Shown here one piece after another: positions 59,156 through 64,000 of a DNA stretch of 64,000 nt (position 1 is its first letter; each line of letters begins with the position of its first letter). The notes under the pieces were generated by a model that was not told the DNA's origin, did no database searches, and was given only the letters and a program-made list of their open reading frames with translations. Source of the DNA: an uncultured Solirubrobacterales bacterium (lineage in GTDB: Bacteria; Actinomycetota; Thermoleophilia; Solirubrobacterales; 70-9); NCBI GenBank assembly GCA_963751815.1, contig CAVVVY010000009.1:9578-73577 (forward strand). The letters are read 5' to 3'. The translations under genes were made by a program, and so were the position numbers.

Positions 59156-59631
59156 GCCGTCCGGATAACGGGCATCCGGACGAGACCTTGACCCGCCACC
59201 AGCCCATCAGCATCCCGAGCGGTCCGAGTCGCGGGAGCGAGTGCCAGTGCCCACAGCCGGGCTCGCCGATGTCGTTGCGGGATATCCGCAGCCAGCGGTG
59301 CTTCTCCGGCGCCGCCAGCATCTGCTCGAGCAGCTCGCGATTCGAGGTCTCGAGATCGGCCCGGGCCGAGAGCTGGCGACGGCCTTCGGCAACCTGGTCG
59401 GCGAGGGCGTCGCGAACCGACTCGAGCTCTCCCAGGCCCAGGGCCCGGGGCTCGTCTGGAGACGGCAGGCACGCCGACGTCGACTCGGAAGCGGGGGAAG
59501 GCCTCGGCGACGATCGCGGCCAACTGCCGCTCCAAGCGTCCGATCTGGCGCCTCAACTCCGCGCGAGCCAGAAGCTCGCTTCCGCCTGAAAGAGGCTCAG
59601 TCCGGCTATCTCGATAAAGCAGATCCGGCAT
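59136..59631 (-). pseudogene. Conserved hypothetical protein (coiled-coil plus C-terminal GEPGC.HWH...WWRVK.SSGCP motif) with one frame change near ~59460
   Basis: ORF 59143..59631 gives the N-terminus (LARAELRRQIGRLERQLAAIVAEAF). The frame of ORF 59136..59321 is open upstream and encodes PRALGLGELESVRDALADQVAEGRRQLSARADLETSNRELLEQMLAAPEKHRWLRISRNDIGEPGCGHWHSLPRLGPLGMLMGWWRVKVSSGCPLSG. Confidence 0.5.
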
Positions 59632-59701
59632 AACCCGAACCGAGTGTAAAACACCGCAGGGACCGCGATGCGGTGACTTCGTTAAGGGCCTGAGGGGCCC
59701 T

Positions 59702-60374
59702 TCAGGCCGACTCGAGCGTCGCCGCGGTCATCCAGAGGGCCTCGTCGATGGCGATCTGGGGGACGCCGCCGACCCCGATCGCGGCGATCGCGATCCGGCG
59801 CGTCACCTGGGTCACCGCGCTGCTCTCGGAGGTGGCGCCGAAGAGCAGGCCGACGGGCGCCCCTTCGTCGGCGATCACGAGGGTGCCGTGCGGAAGCTCC
59901 CCGGGGCGCCCGGGCAGCGCCTCCGCCGGGGCCGAGTCGCGGATGCAGAGCTTGCCGTGGACCTGGTCGGCGTCGAAGAGCCGCAGCGCGACGCCGGTCT
60001 CGATCGTCGCGATCGTGACCGCGTCGGTCGGCAGGCCCGCGGGCTTTGAAGGCGCCCTCGCGGAGCCGCTCCAGCGCCAGCTCCTCGACCGGGGTCCGGG
60101 TCCGGTCGGGGTCGAGCCCGATCTGGCGGAAGAAGGCGCGGTAGGCCCACGGGATCGGCCGTTCCCGCATCCGGATCGCGTGGGAGCCGTAGAAGCGGTC
60201 GGAGATGTCGCGGAGGCGGCGGCGGACGCCGTCGGGGCTGCGACCGGGCCTGCCGTCGACGGCGATCGAGGAGATCGAAAGGCCGGGGAACTCGGCGGCC
60301 ACATGCGGGGCGACCCAGCCCGGCTCGGGGGCCGGCTCCCAGCCGAGGTCCGATTGGGCGGGGTCGACTCCCAT
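59702..60374 (-). pseudogene. B3/B4 tRNA-binding-domain protein (PheT-related) with one frame change near ~60040
   Basis: ATG at 60374 gives MGVDPAQSDLGWEPAPEPGWVAPHVAAEFPGLSISSIAVDGRPGRSPDGVRRRLRDISDRFYGSHAIRMRERPIPWAYRAFFRQIGLDPDRTRTPVEELALERL. The sequence continues in ORF 59702..60304 (GLPTDAVTIATIETGVALRLFDADQVHGKLCIRDSAP...GTLVIADEGAPVGLLFG). Confidence 0.65.
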
Positions 60375-60375
60375 C

Positions 60376-61035
60376 TCAGCCCCGTTCCGCGGCGGCGGTC
60401 GCCTGCAGCAGCGAGTCGAGCCGGGCCCCGAGCTGCTGCGCGGTGAGGATGCCGGTGCTGGCGCTCTGCAGGGTCCCGCCGGGATAGACGTAGGCGAAGG
60501 TCGGGCAGCCGCCGACCCGGTAGAGGCTGGCGACCGCGCCGTCGCGGTCATAGCCGACCGGCATCTGCCAGTGGTGTTCGTGGATCAGGTCGCGGACCGT
60601 GTCCCGATCGTCGCGGACGTTCAACGAGAGGAAACCCACCCGCCCACCGTAGCGCCTGAAGGTCGCCTCGACCGAGTCCTGCTCGGTGACGCAATCGCCG
60701 CCGCCCTTGGTGAACCAGAACGAGATCAGCGACGGGCGCCCGAAGAGGTCGCAAACGCGGATCGCTTCCGGTTCGGAGAGCCGGCAGGCCGGCTTGCGTT
60801 GGGCGTCCTCGGGGCAGGGGACCTCCGAGGTCGAGCAGTCGTCCTGGGCGATGTTCGCGTCGCCTTCGAGCTGGCCGGCGGCGTCGGGGACGGCGAACTC
60901 CGGCAGCGGCCAGCGCTCCGGGCGCTGTTCGAGACCGAGGATCCCCTCTCCCCCGTCGCCGATTTTGCTGATGACCGCGACCACGATGACGGCCAGGAAG
61001 ACCAGGCCGACGAGGATCGTGTACCTAGAGGTCAC
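60376..61035 (-). CDS. Membrane-anchored thioredoxin-fold (TlpA/redoxin-like) protein with an atypical active site
   Basis: The N-terminal TM segment is MTSRYTILVGLVFLAVIVVAVI. The thioredoxin-fold core is RPSLISFWFTKGGGDCVTEQD...GFLSLNVRDDRDTVRDLIHEHHWQMPVGYDRDG...YRVGGCPTFAYVYPGG. GGDC stands in place of C..C. Confidence 0.65.
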   Translation of the reverse strand: MTSRYTILVGLVFLAVIVVAVISKIGDGGEGILGLEQRPERWPLPEFAVPDAAGQLEGDANIAQDDCSTSEVPCPEDAQRKPACRLSEPEAIRVCDLFGRPSLISFWFTKGGGDCVTEQDSVEATFRRYGGRVGFLSLNVRDDRDTVRDLIHEHHWQMPVGYDRDGAVASLYRVGGCPTFAYVYPGGTLQSASTGILTAQQLGARLDSLLQATAAAERG

Positions 61036-61965
61036 TCAATCCATCGAGAGCGGACCGGTGACGTCCGCCTTGAGGAACTGCGCGACGAAGGCGTTTTCGG
61101 AGTCGAAGAGTTCTTCTTTGGGCCCCGACTCGACGATCTTTCCGTTCCACAGCACCGCCAGGAAGTCGGCGATCCGGCGCGCGGTGTTGAGGTCGTGGCT
61201 GATCGTCAGGTAGCAGCCGCCGTTCTCGGCGTGGACCTCGCGGATCAGCTCGCAGAGGAGCGCGGTCCGGACCGGGTCGAGGCCGGAGTCGGGCTCGTCG
61301 AACATGACGATCGCCGGTTCGAGGACGAGGGCGCGGGCGAAGCCGGCGCGCTTGCGCATCCCGCCCGAGAGCTCGTTCGGCATCTTGTAGGTCGCCTCCG
61401 CGAGGCCGACCTCCTTGAGCCGGCGGCTGACGATCTCGCCGATCTCCTCCTCGCCTTTGTCGGTGTGCTGGCGCAGCGGGAAGGCGGTGTTGTCATAGAT
61501 GTTCATCGAGCCGAACAGGGCGCCGTCCTGGAACAGCAGGCCGAACTTTTTGCGCACGTCGAAGAGCTCGTCGTCGCTCATGTTCGGGATCGATTCGCCG
61601 TGGACGAGGACGTCGCCCGAGTCCGGGTAGAGGAGCCCGACGATGTGCTTGATCAGCACGCTCTTGCCGGTCCCGGAGGGGCCGAGGACCATCGAGACCT
61701 GGTCTTCGGGAAGGCCGAGGTTGAGCCCGTTGAGGATCCGGGCGCGGCCGAACTGCTTGACGAGGTCGATGATCTCGATCGCGTCCTCGCCGCCGTGGTC
61801 GCGCTTGCGGCCGGTGTGGAAGCGGTAGGGATCGGTCTCGTCCGGGGCGACGCCGGGGATCACGAAGTCCCGGCCCATGACCGCCCCGTCCTCGCTCACG
61901 TAGGGCCCGGTGTTCTCCGGGGCCGCGGCGGGCTCGTTCTGTGGCTCCTGGTTCTCCGTCTCCAT
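61036..61965 (-). CDS. MlaF/Mkl-like ABC transporter ATP-binding protein
   Basis: ATG at 61965 (METENQEPQ...). About 70 aa of N-terminal extension precede MVLGPSGTGKSVLIKHIVG (Walker A), LSGGMRKRAGFARAL (signature) and IVMFDEPDSGLD (Walker B). It is the 3' part of ORF 61036..62502. Confidence 0.85.
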   Translation of the reverse strand: METENQEPQNEPAAAPENTGPYVSEDGAVMGRDFVIPGVAPDETDPYRFHTGRKRDHGGEDAIEIIDLVKQFGRARILNGLNLGLPEDQVSMVLGPSGTGKSVLIKHIVGLLYPDSGDVLVHGESIPNMSDDELFDVRKKFGLLFQDGALFGSMNIYDNTAFPLRQHTDKGEEEIGEIVSRRLKEVGLAEATYKMPNELSGGMRKRAGFARALVLEPAIVMFDEPDSGLDPVRTALLCELIREVHAENGGCYLTISHDLNTARRIADFLAVLWNGKIVESGPKEELFDSENAFVAQFLKADVTGPLSMD

Positions 61966-61973
61966 GACCGGCG

Positions 61974-62771
61974 TCAGCCTCCTATCGGCGCCCTCGGGTT
62001 GGCCCCCCAGAACACCAGGGTCCCCAACATCCCGATGATGTGGACTAAGACGATGTTTAGCACCATCGACTTGGCGGTCGCCGTACCCACACCCACGGGC
62101 CCTCCGGACGCGGTGTAGCCGTAGTAACAGCCGACCATCACGATCGCGGTCGCCATCACCATCCCCTTGATCAGGCTGTAGAAGAGGTCGAGCGGGTTCT
62201 GGAACATCCAGAAGATCAGCAGGTACCCGCCCGAGGAGACGTCGCCGATCTGTTCGACGACGGCCAGGTAGCTGGCGAAGTACATGACGCCGATCCCGAC
62301 CAGGTACATGAACGGGAAGGTGATCCAGGCGGCGAGCAGCCGGGTCGCGCAGAGGAAGGTGACGGGCTGCACGCCCATCACCTCGAGCGCGTCGATCTCG
62401 TCCGAGATCCGCATCGCGCCGAGCTCGGCGACGATCCCGGTCCCGACCTTGGCCGAGAGCATGTACCCGAAGGCGTAGGGGAGCACCTCGCGCAGGTCGC
62501 ACCAGGCGGAGAACAGGCCGGCGTAGGCGGGCGCGCCCTGGGCGCGGAAGAGGTAGGCGCCCTCGATCCCGCAGGTGAGGCCGAGGACGAAGATCAGGCC
62601 CCAGATGATCAGCGCCGAGCCGAGGATCAGGATGCCCGCCTGGCGCAGGCTCTCGCCGAAGAACTTGAGGACGCGGCCGGAATAGACGAGGCCGGCGACG
62701 CGCGAGCCGAAGCGGGCGATCTCGCCGAACGAGTCGAGCCAGCCGCGGGGGACGTCGAGCCAGGCGTTCAC
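61974..62771 (-). CDS. MlaE/YrbE family ABC permease
   Basis: Intact 265-aa ORF with VGTGIVAELGAMRISDEIDALEVMGVQPVTFLCATRLLA, the conserved MlaE loop. Confidence 0.85.
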   Translation of the reverse strand: MNAWLDVPRGWLDSFGEIARFGSRVAGLVYSGRVLKFFGESLRQAGILILGSALIIWGLIFVLGLTCGIEGAYLFRAQGAPAYAGLFSAWCDLREVLPYAFGYMLSAKVGTGIVAELGAMRISDEIDALEVMGVQPVTFLCATRLLAAWITFPFMYLVGIGVMYFASYLAVVEQIGDVSSGGYLLIFWMFQNPLDLFYSLIKGMVMATAIVMVGCYYGYTASGGPVGVGTATAKSMVLNIVLVHIIGMLGTLVFWGANPRAPIGG

Positions 62772-62775
62772 GGCG

Positions 62776-63585
62776 TCACCTGATCGTCTGCAGCTCTGGG
62801 TTGGTCGCGAGCAGGGTCTGGGTGAAGACGTAGTTGAACGCGAAGACGCCCATGAACGAGATCACCACCGCCTGGTTGACGGCGCGGCCGACGCCGGCGG
62901 CGCCGCCGGACGCGGTCATCCCCTTGTAACAGCAGACGACCGAGATGATCGCCCCGAACAGGGTGCACTTGAGCACCGACCCCCAGAGGTCGGTGATCGA
63001 GGCGTTGGAGAAGAGGGTGGCGAAGAACCCGCCGAGCGGCTGGTTGTAGAGGATCTCGGCGAGGATGCCGCCGCTGATCCCGAAGATCAGGGCGTAGATG
63101 TCGAGCAGCCCGGTGATCAGCATCAGCGCCAGGAAGCGGGGGACGACGAGGTTCTTGATCGGGTCGACGCCGAGCACCTGGAGGGCGTCGAGCTCCTCGC
63201 GGATCTTGCGGGCGCCGAGGTCGGCGGTGATCGCCGTGCCGGCGACGCCGGCGACGACGACCGCGGTGACCGCCGGGGCGATCTCGCGGATCGCGGCGAG
63301 GACGAAGAAGCCGCCGAGCCGGTCGAGGGCGCCGAAGAGGTTGAGCACGTTCGCCGCCTGCAGGCCCGGGGCGCCGAAACAGATCGCCACCGTCGAGACC
63401 AGCAGCGGGAACCAGCAGAGCTGGAGCGCGAAGAGGAACTGGCCGATGAACTCCTCGCCATACGGGTAGGGCGGGCGGATCGCGGAAATGATCGTGCGCC
63501 CCGTGAGGAGCATCATTTCGCCCACCTGTTCGAAGAACGACTTGGCGGGCAAGAACCTCCTGCCTATCGATGCGGCTGCTTCCAT
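62776..63585 (-). CDS. MlaE/YrbE family ABC permease
   Basis: Intact 269-aa ORF with AGVAGTAITADLGARKIREELDALQVLGVDPIKNLVVPRFLA. Confidence 0.85.
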   Translation of the reverse strand: MEAAASIGRRFLPAKSFFEQVGEMMLLTGRTIISAIRPPYPYGEEFIGQFLFALQLCWFPLLVSTVAICFGAPGLQAANVLNLFGALDRLGGFFVLAAIREIAPAVTAVVVAGVAGTAITADLGARKIREELDALQVLGVDPIKNLVVPRFLALMLITGLLDIYALIFGISGGILAEILYNQPLGGFFATLFSNASITDLWGSVLKCTLFGAIISVVCCYKGMTASGGAAGVGRAVNQAVVISFMGVFAFNYVFTQTLLATNPELQTIR

Positions 63586-63744
63586 CAGCTCTCCTCCGGC
63601 GGGTGAGCCACTTCCACGTGGCTCCGCTCAGTGGACTGAGTTTATGGGATGGGATCGGCGCAACTGTTGAGATAGGGCTAACCCAACCGCGGGCGGCGGC
63701 GAGGTCGCTGAGGCCGCAAAAACACATGGTATGTTCCGGCCGCT

Positions 63745-64000
63745 TTGGAGCTCTCGGGGGGGAACCGCCTCAGAATCCGCCGGCGTTCCCGCATCGGCGC
63801 CGCCGTCACCCTGGCCGCCGTGGTCGGGGCCGCGACCCTCGCCGGTTGCGGCGGCTCCTCCTCGGACGAACCGAGCGGAACCCGCGAAGTCAGGGTGGTG
63901 AACGCGGAGTTCCCGGCGAAGCAGAGCCTCGGCCAGACCACGCTGCTGCAGCTCGGGGTCAGCAACGAAAGCGAAGACACGATCCCCGGCCTCACCTTCA
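63745..64000 (+). CDS. Lipoprotein, hypothetical (partial, runs off the right edge)
   Basis: The hand-translated frame from TTG 63745 gives (M)ELSGGNRLRIRRRSRIGAAVTLAAVVGAATLAGCGGSSSDEPSGTREVRVVNAEFPAKQSLGQTTLLQLGVSNESEDTIPGLTF, which contains a lipobox (LAGC). A 7-G run at 63756-63762 makes the start uncertain. Confidence 0.5.
   Translation, partial: MELSGGNRLRIRRRSRIGAAVTLAAVVGAATLAGCGGSSSDEPSGTREVRVVNAEFPAKQSLGQTTLLQLGVSNESEDTIPGLTF

Noticed and set aside
60205-62118. 637-aa plus-strand ORF
   Set aside because: It is antisense to the thioredoxin-fold gene and the MlaF-like ATPase, both of which carry clear family motifs.

Overview
High-GC (spot counts about 70%) actinobacterial-type chromosome segment. 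Several protein families suggest a Thermoleophilia/Solirubrobacterales-like organism, but that is inference only. I support about 55 protein-coding loci and found no rRNA, tRNA, CRISPR array, transposase or integrase.

The dominant feature is an 18.4-kb minus-strand operon (8706-27145) of six genes, A to F.
- The genes are translationally coupled.
- They encode only very large secreted repeat proteins, built from NHL-like propellers, fn3/PKD-like units and TolB-like propellers, plus a second family with four Cys-loop domains.
- Several products end in an unusual Cys/Lys/Arg/His-rich C-terminal tail.
- No enzyme, transporter or assembly factor is encoded.
- Genes A to D sit in a visibly lower-GC island (about 52-57% on spot counts).
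- TetR-type regulators flank the operon: one canonical, one lacking the HTH, and one with duplicated modules.
- A conserved GGTCCG-N5-GTTC promoter/operator-like motif occurs in five intergenic copies and links the regulators to the operon.
- A smaller related pair lies at the left edge: an F-like gene plus a repeat/PKD protein.

The rest of the window is housekeeping or accessory. It includes an LLM oxidoreductase, SnoaL-like proteins, a TetR/cupin pair, RecD2-like helicase, an S8 peptidase, csp-typA, DUF2252, acyl-CoA dehydrogenase, Bcp and a CaCA antiporter. It also includes MoxR-VWA, Rrf2-TauE, a ThiXYZ-like ABC transporter, a PAS-GAF-GGDEF-EAL protein, an AlkA-like glycosylase, a GNAT-like protein, a CDF transporter, an alpha-oxoamine synthase, an mIHF-like protein and MlaFE/YrbE-like genes.

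Many genes are interrupted by apparent +/-1 frame changes, often at short homopolymers. Their density is very uneven. All coordinates of frameshifted genes were reconstructed by hand translation and are approximate.
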